64,000 nt of DNA from Paraspadella gotoi (GCA_051294375.1 CM119269.1:3912302-3976301); one strand, 5' to 3'; shown: positions 1-13,792, counted from the first letter of the stretch. A program made the numbers and translations. Notes: generated from the sequence alone by a model not told the origin.

Positions 1-1256
1 TCTCTCTCATGTTCGTCAATCTTTAATCTCGTGACTCCCGACTCCCTCTCCACGATTGACCGTTTTCTTACATTTCTTCCGACGAGATCACGAAGTTTAT
101 TTTAGGCGATTTGAGCATTTGAGGCAATTGGTATTTCATTTGACCTCACAGTCAAAGTGTGAGGAAGTGATGTTCACAAGAACTCGTTGATGTAATTGCT
201 TGTCGCAATACGTGTAGCCTTAATTCTATCCTAATTTCATCTTGGTATTTTCTTTCTCTCTTCCTAACCCACGTCACTTAAATGTCAACCTCAATAATCA
301 TATAAACTTTGTATTCAACTTTTTATTAAACGTCATAATCAAAAATTTACAAACAAATGTATACTTACAGCCGGATCCATAGCGGAACCTATTATATCTT
401 ATATTATTACCTATTATTACCTATTATATATTTTGTCGTCAACCCTCACGAATACAAGCTCCCTCTCTTCATCTTTTCCGAAGAGTAGCAAAAACAACAA
501 CGACAATAACAACAACAACAACGACAACAACAAAAGGCGCGAGGGTTAATAATCTCTTTAGCCTCAACTTTGCTTCGGTCAACCGCCGACGTCGAGTACG
601 GATTCGTCGCGAGAGTCCCGACTCCCCGATCGGTCGTAACACGTTGCTTCGATAGAGTCGTTACAAATTTGGGATCGGAAAAGTTGAAAGGAGCGAGACG
701 GACCGAAAGACCACCAAAGTCCGGGAATTCTGACGATGGAAAGAAAAAGAAAGGGAGCGAGAGAGAGANNNNNNNNNNNNNNNNNNNNNNNNNNNNNNNN
801 NNNNNNNNNNNNNNNNNNNNNNNNNNNNNNNNNNNNNNNNNNNNNNNNNNNNNNNNNNNNNNNNNNNNNNNNNNNNNNNNNNNNNNNNNNNNNNNNNNNN
901 NNNNNNNNNNNNNNNNNNNNNNNNNNNNNNNNNNNNNNNNNNNNNNNNNNNNNNNNNNNNNNNNNNNNNNNNNNNNNNNNNNNNNNNNNNNNNNTGTTTG
1001 GCCAGGTAAGGGACTCAAATTCCGATGTGGAAAGAGAAGAGGGACAAAGAGAAGGAAGAAGGGTGGTGGAACAAAGACTGTAATTAAAAATTTGGCGAAA
1101 ACAATGGAAACTCTACGGTTTTTAAATGAATGTATAAATGTAGCATTTTCATAAAAAAAATGTGAATTTCTTTTGAAGATATTCCGTTGCACTACGATCC
1201 ACTCCCCCATTTCCCACTGTTTTGATCTTTCGTTTTAACACCGCTCTCAAAGGCGG

Positions 1257-1292
<36 letters not shown>

Positions 1293-2214
1293 NNNNNNNN
1301 NNNNNNNNNNNNNNNNNNNNNNNNNNNNNNNNNNNNNNNNNNNNNNNNNNNNNNNNNNNNNNNNNNNNNNNNNNNNNNNNNNNNNNNNNNNNNNNNNNNN
1401 NNNNNNNNNNNNNNNNNNNNNNNNNNNNNNNNNNNNNNNNNNNNNNNNNNNNNNNNNNNNNNNNNNNNNNNNNNNNNNNNNNNNNNNNNNNNNNNNNNNN
1501 NNNNNNNNNNNNNNNNNNNNNNNNNNNNNNNNNNNNNNNNNNNNNNNNNNNNNNNNNNNNNNNNNNNNNNNNNNNNNNNNNNNNNNNNNNNNNNNNNNNN
1601 NNNNNNNNNNNNNNNNNNNNNNNNNNNNNNNNNNNNNNNNNNNNNNNNNNNNNNNNNNNNNNNNNNNNNNNNNNNNNNNNNNNNNNNNNNNNNNNNNNNN
1701 NNNNNNNNNNNNNNNNNNNNNNNNNNNNNNNNNNNNNNNNNNNNNNNNNNNNNNNNNNNNNNNNNNNNNNNNNNNNNNNNNNNNNNNNNNNNNNNNNNNN
1801 NNNNNNNNNNNNNNNNNNNNNNNNNNNNNNNNNNNNNNNNNNNNNNNNNNNNNNNNNNNNNNNNNNNNNNNNNNNNNNNNNNNNNNNNNNNNNNNNNNNN
1901 NNNNNNNNNNNNNNNNNNNNNNNNNNNNNNNNNNNNNNNNNNNNNNNNNNNNNNNNNNNNNNNNNNNNNNNNNNNNNNNNNNNNNNNNNNNNNNNNNNNN
2001 NNNNNNNNNNNNNNNNNNNNNNNNNNNNNNNNNNNNNNNNNNNNNNNNNNNNNNNNNNNNNNNNNNNNNNNNNNNNNNNNNNNNNNNNNNNNNNNNNNNN
2101 NNNNNNNNNNNNNNNNNNNNNNNNNNNNNNNNNNNNNNNNNNNNNNNNNNNNNNNNNNNNNNNNNNNNNNNNNNNNNNNNNNNNNNNNNNNNNNNNNNNN
2201 NNNNNNNNNNNNNN
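1293..2214. other. Assembly gap (largest of many N-runs)
   Basis: Run of N. Most gaps abut (GA)n or (CT)n tracts. Confidence 0.99.
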
Positions 2215-2545
2215 ACGACTGACGACGACCCCCGACCGACGACGGCGACCGACGACGCCACGCGGGTAGCGGAGGCGGTGCGGTGTCTAATTTAGCTCTG
2301 TGAATGGGCGCCTAAGTAGGACGGATTCTTGACGGTGCCATTTGTTATCTTTATGCATTTGTGTATCAAAGAACAAAAGATACCGAAACGCCGACAAGCA
2401 GAGTAGGAGGAGGTAGAGGAAGAAGATAAACGACGGAGGCAAAGAGGTGAGCGATATGAGAAAGTCCTTCGCCTCCACAGAAAGAGAAGAGAGAGTAGAT
2501 GGAGGAGAGAGAGAAGGAGAGAGAGAGATCGAGAGACGAGGATGA

Positions 2546-2582
<37 letters not shown>

Positions 2583-4213
2583 AGTCTTCCCTCTTTATTA
2601 GTGCCGTGAATCCACCATCACGGAGGAAAAAAAAAGGAAAGAGAGAAAGAATAATTTGCGGAACTCGAATTTTCGTGATGAGGGACCAATGGGCGTTCGT
2701 CGCTCGTCGACGGAATCGACCAATCAGAGGCCGAGTTGGAACCTCGCCGCTTTCGAGAGACAAGTGACGGAGGTTGCGCAAGACGGAGGAGGATGAGGAG
2801 GATGCACTCTAGCGTGGGTGGACGAGAGGAGGAAGAGGATGAGTAAAGGAAAAAGGGGACGAGCGATGGAAACCGTTTTTTTTTCTTTTTAATCACTTTT
2901 GACGAATTTGACGAAACTCAGCGTTCACTTCTCTTTTTCGCGTTTCCACCAATTTTTTTTTAATATGAGCGGAAATTTACTTTGGTTGGGGGGAGACAAT
3001 TTTAACTTCGTCAATCAATGAACCGGCCCCAAAATAAGTTTTGACCAATTTACGAAATAAAAAAAAAGTATGCTTTACGTATATCTCAAGCTCCTGGCAT
3101 GATATATTTTTCTTCACTTCATAAAAGGTTTTAAAACTTTATTTCTAATGAATGGTTTTCGTTTAACTCAGACGCGATAAATCTTAAAAAGTATTTAGTT
3201 TTATCCTTTCCCCCCCTCTCCTTTCTCTCAGTCATAGTTTTGAGCTAACTCTCAATAGCGTTAGTCATATATTTTTTTTTATTATTAAAGAAATTTTTCG
3301 AATCTTTTGAGAATCCAGTTGGACTGCATCATTAGCCTCCCGCTAACGCGTGGCGAACCTTTTGTTTGACGTCACTTAACATTCTCTCAAATCATTGATC
3401 ATAAGAATCGAAATAAAAATATAGCGATTGCCTTTTGTTTCTTTTTTTTTGGGGGGGGGGAGAGAAAGTAAGTGTTCGTAAGTGAAGTGGGTAAGTAAGT
3501 GGGACGAATGAGTCGCCGCACACTTTTCCATTGAGTTTCGTTCCATAAAACTGTCATGAGCAGGTGCCGGCCTGGTGTCGCTGAACGACCACCTTTTATA
3601 AGTTCTTTGGTGCCACTCTAAACGCACCTTTCACACTCGTTATTGTTTCAGGATTTTTTTTTTATTTAGTTCTGTTATAATTCTTTTCTCGCCTCTTGAT
3701 AATAAATTCTTTATTCTTTTTCTTTACTTTTTTTTTAGTTTTCCTTTTCTTTTCCGTCGCTTTTTTCCTCATTAATACAAATTTCTTGTTTTACATTAAA
3801 CTTCATAAGACTTTTTTTTGTTCCCTTATATTTCTCTCTCTTTATTTCACTTTTAAATTTCACATTCGATTATGATTTTTGTTCCTAACTTCCTCCTTAA
3901 TTTTTTTTATCTTTTTCTTTATTTTCAACTTTCAGCTTAGATTTCCTTGTGATTTAACCATTCGACTCATTGTATATCGAACATGAAACGGTAAAAGAAA
4001 AGCTGTTACAATCCTATGCTACACAGCTAATTACAATATTGAATATTGATCGTCGACCATTAGAACATTTTTCGCCTGTCATAAAAATCGCAGGCTTTTT
4101 CTTTTGCGCGTTAGATCATAAAAATAAAATGTTATTTTTTTGTGATTTGTTCCTTCTTTTTTTTTTTAAATTTTGACATTAAACTTTCTAATTTGTTTTG
4201 GTACTGTCATTTT

Positions 4214-4214
<1 letters not shown>

Positions 4215-4257
<43 letters not shown>

Positions 4258-4286
4258 TTCTTTCTTTTCTTTTCTTCTTTCTTTCT

Positions 4287-4317
<31 letters not shown>

Positions 4318-4545
4318 CTTCTTCTCTTATCCCTCTTTCCTTTCCTTCTGTTTCCTCCTTCCTTACCTTCTCTCCTTCCTTCTTTCCTTTCTTCTTTTCC
4401 TTCTTTCCATGTCCATCCTTCATTCACTCCTAATCTGCCTCTCCTTCCTTCCTTCCTTCCTTCCTTCCTTCCTTCCTTCCTTGCCTTCCTTCTTCCTTCC
4501 TTCTCTCCTTCCTTCCTTCCTTCTTTCCTTCCCTTCTTCCTTCCC
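4215..4545. repeat. (CTTT)n/(CCTT)n low-complexity tract
   Basis: Similar tracts occur at ~8678-8960, 21600-21905, 41340-41455 and 59600-59980. Confidence 0.9.
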
Positions 4546-5245
4546 TCCAACTAATCCAACTTTCTTTTCTCCCTCAGTTCGTCCTTGATTCATCTCCATC
4601 TTTGGCGCCGAGAAAATTGAGTTGAGATGGCGCCAGCGACGAAGTCACGAAATGAAAACAGATCGAATTTCTCCGCCTCCGACGACTAATCCTTTAGGTA
4701 AGTCACGAAACTCACCTTGAAAAAAACAAAAGAAAACAAACAAAAACCAAAACAAAAACAATAACAAAAAACAAAAGCAAAAACCCCTTTCAATTTCATT
4801 TCGGGAAATTGATTGGATTTCTGTGGTCGAACGTAATTGGTCAAATTTGGTCAAATTTGGTCGAACGTATTTGCTCAAATTCGCTGTCGCCTTGGACTTC
4901 TGACGTCGACTCTCTGTCTCTTTCTTCCGTCTCACAAATATTAGTTTAAATTGATAATTGAAATTTGTACTACCAATCTAAATAATTTTTTTTAATTAAA
5001 CTATCTCGCCTGCTTATTTTGGACAGAGTCTTTTAGGTTCAGGCATTCGTACGACTTATTAAATAATAACGTAGCGAATCTCTCCTGATTTTATTCAAAA
5101 CTTATATCATTATTATGTCATAATTTATGATGTTCCCTTAAAAATCCCAATATGTTACAACCAAATGTTTAAAATTCGATAACTAGAGACGAATTTATAA
5201 CATTTTAATGGTTAACAAAAACGATATAATTTTTCTACATGAAAA

Positions 5246-5280
5246 CTGACATGTTTCGACTAATTGTTAGCCTTCATCAG
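5246..5280 (-). ncRNA. Minimal type I hammerhead ribozyme motif (Penelope-like element type)
   Basis: Minus strand reads CUGAUGA-A-GGCUAA-caa-UUAGUC-GAAA-CAUGUC-AG: conserved core, 6-bp stem II, palindromic ACAUGU and a GUC triplet. Stem I is not evident. Confidence 0.55.
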
Positions 5281-5402
5281 CGCAAATAGAAAGAAAGAAA
5301 GAATTGAAAGAAATAATACAATTGAATATCAGTAACCGCAAAGGCAAATCTTTTTCTACTCCACGATCACACGCTAAAGCCCAATCTGCTCATTGCCTTT
5401 TA

Positions 5403-5714
5403 AGTTGCGCCGCGAATACTCTATAGGTCACTTTTTGGTCGGTCTGTCCTTCTGTCGGCCGGTATGTATGTCCGTCGGTCTGTGCCACTTATATTAGAAA
5501 TGTATATAATTTCCTCATTTGTTAAGACAGGAAAAAACCTCTAATCTAAGGGACTGCGAGTGCTGCCTTCAGGAAAGAAATAAAAGACGGAATTTCGATA
5601 TCATAAATGTCATGTCATATCATGTCATAAATAGAAGGATTAAGAGAGTTTTTCAGTCATGTCATGAGAAAATAAAGTCACTCCGGTACAACACATTGGA
5701 ACTACCGTTCTTGT
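5403..5714 (+). mobile_element. Helentron-associated non-autonomous element (HINE/DINE-1-like), copy 1
   Basis: Collinear similarity to 37286-37626. Starts after a T-run with gttgcgccgc, has GTCY-like repeats, and ends cttg plus a T-run. Confidence 0.65.
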
Positions 5715-6934
5715 CTTTTTCTTTTCTTTACTTTCAAAATCGATGACCTTTTGTTTTTTTTCTAAATTTTTTGACGACGTAAACAACAAAAAGATCCACA
5801 CTAACGTCGTTGTTGTTGTCATCATCGTCAACGCTATCGTCGTCGTCGTCATTTTAGAATGAGTAGGCACGAATCAAGATTTAGATGCCGCTTCAAAACT
5901 TAGGGTCATAGGTCATTCTACGNNNNNNNNNNNNNNNNNNNNNNNNNNNNNNNNNNNNNNNNNNNNNNNNNNNNNNNNNNNNNNNNNNNNNNNNNNNNNN
6001 NNNNNNNNNNNNNNNNNNNNNNNNNNNNNNNNNNNNNNNNNNNNNNNNNNNNNNNNNNNNNNNNNNNNNNNNNNNNNNNNNNNNNNNNNNNNNNNNNNNN
6101 NNNNNNNNNNNNNNNNNNTAAAGTAAAAGCACGAAAACAAAAAAGAGGAAAAAAAATGAAGGGAAGGCCAGAGGTTTCTAATATTTTCATTCTTCAAAAC
6201 AACGACGGCATCATTATCATCGTCGTCGTCTTCCTCGTCATTGTCATCGTCTTAGTCGTCGTCATCGTCGTCTATGTCGTCGTCATCGTCTACTAAAAGA
6301 TCATGACGAAGTCAGCGAAGGCGACGACGGTGGCATTTCGAAGAGACTCTGAAAATAGTAATCATGAAACGCCCTTTTACAAACGAATTGTAAAAACTGT
6401 ATTATCGCCCGTTGTAACGCACCTATTTACTATTTTATGTTACTTGTATAACGATGTATGAAGTAGACTTGACCTTTAACGTTCGCTTTAAACTTCAAAG
6501 ATTTTAATCATCAGTAATTTTCTTATTGAGATGGACAAATGAGAGCGGTAGACTTGACCAGAGAATGGTTTAGTGACTTATCTTTCCTATTCCATTCGGT
6601 TAAATCATGAGATAAATAACATTAAAATAATATTAAAGATAATTCCATGACCTCGAGCATTTAATGTTTCCGTGCTTTGTCTTTCTAATCATTTTTATCG
6701 TCGCTCGTGTCTCATTTTTTTCCATTTTTTTTTCTTTCGACGTCACATCCTTCTTCTCCGCCCCCCCTCGCCCCCCCCCTTAGCCCCCCTCGTCTTCTCG
6801 TCCCCGTGGAACCGCTCGTCCTTTCCTCGACCGGTTCCGCACAAAAAAGGGGACTCTAAATCTCCTTAGCGAGGAGATGGCGTTTCCCCCCGGTCCATTT
6901 CATGAGGCTTTGGTGGTCATGGTCTAAATCTGTA

Positions 6935-6995
<61 letters not shown>

Positions 6996-7275
6996 TCTCG
7001 TGTCGAGGCTTCGGCTCGAAGGTTAGAGACTGTCCATCGGTTTATTGATGTCGCCGGTCGAAATAAAATACGTTTTCAAAGTTCATCATTTCGATGTTAC
7101 TAAAAAGAGAAATTGTGGTGTCGTGTTCCTCTTCTTTTTGCTCGCCGAAAAAATACCGGAAAACGCTGTAACGGCCAATGCTGTAAAATTTATACTCAAT
7201 AACGAGGAGGTTCTGAAGTTCAATTAATTTATTCCTAAAAGAAATTAATAACAAAGTCTGGAAAAAAGAACCCTC

Positions 7276-7380
7276 TTAGAAGTAACGGCACATTTTGGGT
7301 TAGAAGTAACGGCACATTTTGGGTTAGAAGTAACGGCACTTTTTGGGTTAGAAGTGGCGGCTTTCCTGCGTTAGAAGTGA
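7276..7380. repeat. 24-bp minisatellite (~4.5 copies)
   Basis: ttagaagtaacggcacattttggg repeated, degenerating toward the 3' end. Confidence 0.9.
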
Positions 7381-8112
7381 CGAGACCCCCGACCTTCCAT
7401 CGAGGGCGACCGAATAAGGAGGCAGGATAACTTGAAGCGGATTCGACCGTAATTTTCTCTCTCTATCTTTCCCCGTCTCTTTTATTCTTTTCCTACTTTC
7501 TTTTTTTATTTTTTTATTCCCCATTCTTTTTTTCCCCCGGGCTCAACAGATGAAAAAACCTCAAGCTTTTCTTTCGCTGATATCTTATTAAATTTAACCA
7601 ACTCAAAAACAAATGTCAACGCTTGACTGTTTATCGCCATCTGCCTAATATTTTTCGGGCCTCCAAAAAAGTTAATTTCCAATTTGACACTAACTGACGT
7701 AGCTATTAAGACCGCTTTTGCAATTTTTTTTTCAACTCTCTCTCTCTCTCNNNNNNNNNNNNNNNNNNNNNNNNNNNNNNNNNNNNNNNNNNNNNNNNNN
7801 NNNNNNNNNNNNNNNNNNNNNNNNNNNNNNNNNNNNNNNNNNNNNNNNNNNNNNNNNNNNNNNNNNNNNNNNNNNNNNNNNNNNNNNNNNNNNNNNNNNN
7901 NNNNNNNNNNNNNNNNNNNNNNNNNNNNNNNNCTGATTATCTTGGGGCCGAACAATTCCTATTCTAAAGATACTTATTAAATTTGTCTAGAATTTCTTTC
8001 ATATAATACTAGTAAGTAAAAATTTAAATTTTTGATTCATGCATCAGTATGTTTTAATTATCAATGATTTTTTTTCAATATGTATAATAACTAAATAAAC
8101 TAATTACTATAT

Positions 8113-8147
<35 letters not shown>

Positions 8148-8722
8148 NNNNNNNNNNNNNNNNNNNNNNNNNNNNNNNNNNNNNNNNNNNNNNNNNNNNN
8201 NNNNNNNNNNNNNNNNNNNNNNNNNNNNNNNNNNNNNNNNNNNNNNNNNNNNNNNNNNNNNNNNNNNNNNNNNNNNNNNNNNNNNNNNNNNNNNNNNNNN
8301 NNNNNNNNNNNNNNNNNNNNNNNNNNNNNNNNNNNNNNNNNNNNNNNNNNNNNNNNNNNNNNNNNNNNNNNNNNNNNNNNNNNNNNNNNNNNNNNNNNNN
8401 NNNNNNNNNNNNNNNNNNNNNNNNNNNNNTCTCTCGTCCAATATCGTTCGGGCGATGCGACGTCTTCCCCTTATCAAAACAAATCCTGCGTACAGGCATC
8501 GCGGCTTAACTCGTAACCAAAACGAACGGGACGAAAATGAAATGAAAAAAGAAGGAAAGAAGAAAAGAAAGAAAAGGAAAGAAAGAAGGAGGAATAAAAG
8601 AAAGAAACGAGGACGTGGCATCTCGTCTCGGACGCGACTTTTGTGGTGGACCACCCATCAACGATTTTTTAACGATCTTTCTTTCTTTCTATCTTTCTTT
8701 CTTTCTTTCTATCTTTTTTATT

Positions 8723-8798
<76 letters not shown>

Positions 8799-10967
8799 TA
8801 TTATTTTCTTTCTATATTTCTTTATTTTTCCCTTTTTTTCTTTATATCTTTCTTTCTTTCTTTCTTTTTTATTTTTTATTTTTATATTTCTTTCTTTTTT
8901 TATTTTTTTCTTTCTATCTTTCTTTCTTTCTTTTTTTCTTTTTTTCATTCTTTTCTTTCATTTATTTTTTGGAGAGAGGGGAAGTTCGTGGGGGAGAACT
9001 TTGGGTAAGTCATAATCGCGAGAGCAGGTTTCATGACTTCTCTTTTCTCTTTCTCTCAGGTCTGAGATCATTTGTCAATTTAGCATTTTCTTCAATTTTT
9101 TTTTGTCTATTATCAGATCCATGGTATTATGAAATTGGTACAACCAATATAATGTTAGTTCGGCATATATTTAAATTATACTACTTTTTAATATTACAAA
9201 CGACGGAAAGTCTGTCGATCATTTTCCCAAAAATTAAAATAGGATATTTTTAAATGTTCTAAAAAAATTTTAATTTTATTTACGTACAACCAATTTTAGA
9301 ATTTAACGTATCCTAACAGTTGACAAAATGTTACAATGCATCAATTGAATGTATCATTGGATCCGTCCAACATTGGGGCCTTTCATTGCGTCTCCCTCTT
9401 TTAGCTCCACACGTTGAACTTCCCCAGCGTGAGATAAAAAAGAATTAAAAACCGATATAACGCGACGTTAATTCTCTCTCTCTCTCTCTCTCTCTCNNNN
9501 NNNNNNNNNNNNNNNNNNNNNAAATTCCGTCGGATTTTAAATCATAAATAGATTCGCTATAAAACTTTTTGCCTCTGTCCCGGAAAAAATTTTCCACCAA
9601 TTGCGTCCCTTCGGACGCAGCACCAAACAGAGCATTTCCGGCAACAAACCCGGCCAACTAAAAAAGGAGTCGGCAATCTTTCTCGCAAATACGTGCCACA
9701 ATGAGACAGGGCCTCTCGAGGAAAAGATAACAAAAGGAGAAGGGACACTTACGGACAGGAAAGGAGGGAAAACGGGACGTCAGGAACACGAACAAGGAGA
9801 AAGAAATAAGGAAATTCAATGAAACAACAGGAGAAAACAAAATCAATTACGCCGTCGAAAAAGAGAAAAGTGGAAAAGAGTTGACGCCGCGAAACGAAAC
9901 GCGTCCAAGAACAACAAGAAACGAAACGACAAAACGCAAACGGGCGACCGACCCAAAAAACAAGAAACGAAACCAGCGAGCGAAAATTAATTAAGTGATG
10001 AAAAATGCGAAACAAAAAGAAAGCAATAAAACAAAAAGGACAAAAGTTGAGTGAGCGGAGGGAACCGAGGAAGCCGAGAAGCCCCGAAAAAACGAAGAAA
10101 GAACGAAGACACAAACGAACGACGAAACCGCGAGAAGAATGGAATGTCCACCAATTTCGGCCCGGAGGCGAAAAAACCAACCCAACGGTGGCCGGATTTG
10201 AATCTGGGAAGCCGGGCAGGAGAGAGAGAGCGAGGAGAATAAGGGAGAACAAAGCGGCGACGAGAGAGAAGGGAATTAAAGAGAAAGCGCAGTTGGGAGA
10301 GACGAAGGAGGAATTAAAGAGAAAGCGAGATGGAGAGCGAGACGAGAGAGAATCGCGGCGCGCTGAAGGTAAAGCCCCAAGGAAAACCCAAGCCATTTCC
10401 CTCCCGCGCCCGATGGAAATTCGGAGAGAATGGACTCCGACAGCCCGGAAGGGAAAGTCCCACCGGCAGGCCGCGCGGTTTCACCATAGTCCAAAATGGG
10501 CGCCCACCACTGGGTTCGATCGATCGCGCAAAATGAGCTCGCCTTTGGCCCGCTGCCACCTCCACCGCCTCTAAGTCGTTCGCCCAAATCGCCGGAAATT
10601 GGCCTTCGCCAAAGGCGTCTCTCGAGTCGCTTCTTGGAAGTTCAACCACCGCCGGTAAAAGGCTCAGCCCAGGGTTCGAAACCCACCACCCGAACGGGCC
10701 ACAAGTGGGGCTACCATCCAACGCCACTAGGAAAGTCACCCTCACCCAAAAATGGACTCCCCCAAAAGGTTTCCATCCATCGCCACTTGGGCGTGACCTG
10801 TCGCCCAAATCTGCCTCCAGCACTGATAACTCACGCGAAAACCGGCCTTTAAATGGGCCGGCCCCCAAAATCCATCCGCGCCCACCCCGCAAGCCGCCCC
10901 CGACACCCACCATTTTAACGCCAGCACGGCCTTCCAGAGGCCACCCAGACGCGGGACCACGAGGACA

Positions 10968-11029
<62 letters not shown>

Positions 11030-13534
11030 CTCTCTACTCTCTCTCTCTCTCCATCTCTCTCTCTCTTTCCCCTCCGTCTCTCGGTAATAAAAGTCACATA
11101 AACGGAGACCAGAGTGAAAAAAATGTCCAAAAGAGAGACCTCTTTCGTAGCGGTAAAAAAAAAATTAAAGTTTTCTAAGCGGAGTCTTCGGTGGCGGCCA
11201 CTCTCGTTACGCGTTCTTCGCCTGGCAGGTGACGGCGCAGTATCCGCCCCCCTGCCTTTACCGCCCCCCTTAGCTCTTCCACACCTTTGTACGGCGCAGA
11301 TGCGCGTGATATTCGCTAAATTAAAGAAGCGATACGAACGAAGATTGTACGTACGGCACGCAGAGGGTTCGGCGTCTTGACTTTTACGGACCGCGATTTA
11401 CGGGCGAGTACGTGCCTTCTCTTACGAGTCGGAAAGCATCGTCGCCGCGACGATATATATGATTTTTTTTTTCGTGCGTGCACGATGCTGCGTGTCCCGA
11501 CGTGTACTTGCGTGCGCGAAGAAATAAATAGGATTGTGACGCGCGTTAGTCTCCCGCGATTCTTTATTTTTTTTCTGGGGAAAAAAAAAAGAAATATTGG
11601 TTTCGCGCGGTAGTAACGTCGCGTCGGCAATTTTGATCTTTTGAGGCGGTTATTTTCGAATGAATTGAATTCATTGACTGGGTTGATTGATCGAATGGAT
11701 TGAGAGAAATGATTGAATTTAATTTATCGAATAACTCGATTTAATCGAATAAATTAATAGGTTGAATAAATTGAATGAATTGTTTTTAAATTTAAATGTG
11801 ACGGAATGGATCGAATTGAATTGCTGGATTGAATTGATTCAATTAGAAAGATTTTTAACGAATTTAATGAATTGAAATGAGAGAATTAATTAATTGAATT
11901 GAATGAAATGAATGAATTGATTGAATTGATTGAATTGATTGAAATAAATGAATTTATTGATCGGATTGATTTGATTTGATTGATTCGATTTAATTGATTG
12001 AATTTATCGACACGAATGAATTGATTTATCAAAAGACGCAATTTCTTTGAAACAAACAAATTCGCCTTCATGATGGATTGAAAACTCTTCCCAAATTAGT
12101 CGCAAGAGGAAATCAATCGAGGCCTTTTTTTGACTTACCCCGCCGTGGGGGGATTCCGATTGCTTAACTCACTCTCGATGAAACTCTCTCTCTCCCTCTC
12201 TCTCTCTCTCCCTCTCTCCCTCTCTCTCTCTCCCTCTCTCTCCCTCTCTCTCTCGCTTCCCCCGTCAGAAAAAGCGTTCGTCGAATCAGGCGACACTTTT
12301 TATCGCGGCCCTTCCTCAGCTTGGGAGGTCGTGTTTAGTTTTTATTTCTAATTAAAGTCTCTCGGCGCTAAGAGACTCACGTCTCAAACAGGTTCCCTCC
12401 CTCCGTATCAGTCACCTTCCACGCTGGGGCGTAATATTATTCTTTTCATTCCCTGTCAATTTCTTCTTCTTTTTTTTCTTTTCTATTTTTTATATTCGAC
12501 ATATATATATTTTTATAATTTCCAGTACCGATGGGTTTTTTGGGTTTTTTTTTTTCCTTCGAGGGAGAAAGGGGGCGGGTTTCTCGTGTCTCGGTCTCTG
12601 ACCCGATGTACGAGAGGACAATGGGACGGCGTCTTTGGGACCCTTTGTCGTGGGAAATTCGATTTGGGTGGCAAAATCTCAAAACGGGGGAAAAAAAAAA
12701 TATTTGACGGGGAAAATGTAAAGGAAAACAAACGACCCTTTTTGATTATTAAGTTTTTAAAAAGAGAGCGATTAATAAAAATTAATAAAAATTAATAAAA
12801 ATTAATAAAAATTAATAAAATCAACCAAGGTCTCCTAGCTTACAAAAAAATTTAACGTGTCAGAAATTAATAAGCCCAATTTTCATACGTAATTACTATT
12901 AATTACCATTATCGTCATTTGCCCTTTTTTGTCGTTTCTTAGCTCGAATATTTTTTTTCTCGCGCAAATGAGCTCCCAAAGTAGACACCCGATCGACTAA
13001 TTTGGCCGGAGACCGGGTTCCGCGGCGCTTTTTCAACTTGACACCATGTTCGAACCCAATTAACATTTTCGACATTTTGTCATGATTCCGTTGGGCTTCA
13101 CACGTTAAAACGGAACGCCGCGAAAAAAAGGGGAAGAGGAACGCGGTAATTGTAAGAAGATTAAAGGTAGAAAAATATCTGGAGGTTTGAATTCTGAGAG
13201 AAAAGATAAAGAGAAAAAGAGGGAAAGAACAAATTGCTTTCCAAAAGGACGAAATTGATCTGTTAATCAATAAATCAATCGATAAATATCTTCGGCTCGG
13301 TTAATCAAACTAACAAAATCCATCAATCAAACCATTTTTTTTTTGGGGTCAAAATAGTTTATATAAAATTCTTGTTAATAATAAAAACCAGCGTAAGTCT
13401 TTCGCGAAGAAGGTGACAAGAAGAACTGAGTTAGGAGCGAAAAACAATTACTATCTTCTATATCCCGAAAAATATAAAAATGTTTCCTTTTGCCCTCGGG
13501 GCGAGATTGTGATATTTCAAATTCAGATTCGGTG

Positions 13535-13569
<35 letters not shown>

Positions 13570-13729
13570 TCCTGCCTGCGCCAGACAAATCCAATGACAG
13601 TAAATGACAGGTAATGACAGGGTAAGGACTGCGCGTCTCCGACTTTGCTGACGTTCTCTCCCCGTTTTCAGATTGATTCTTCCTATCTCTCTCTCTCTCT
13701 CTCTTCTCTTCTCTCTCTCTCTCTCCTCT

Positions 13730-13792
<63 letters not shown>

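Noticed and set aside
11650-12030. AT-rich ttgaa/gaatt periodic tract
   Set aside because: It is degenerate low-complexity sequence with no defined unit, ends or coding potential.
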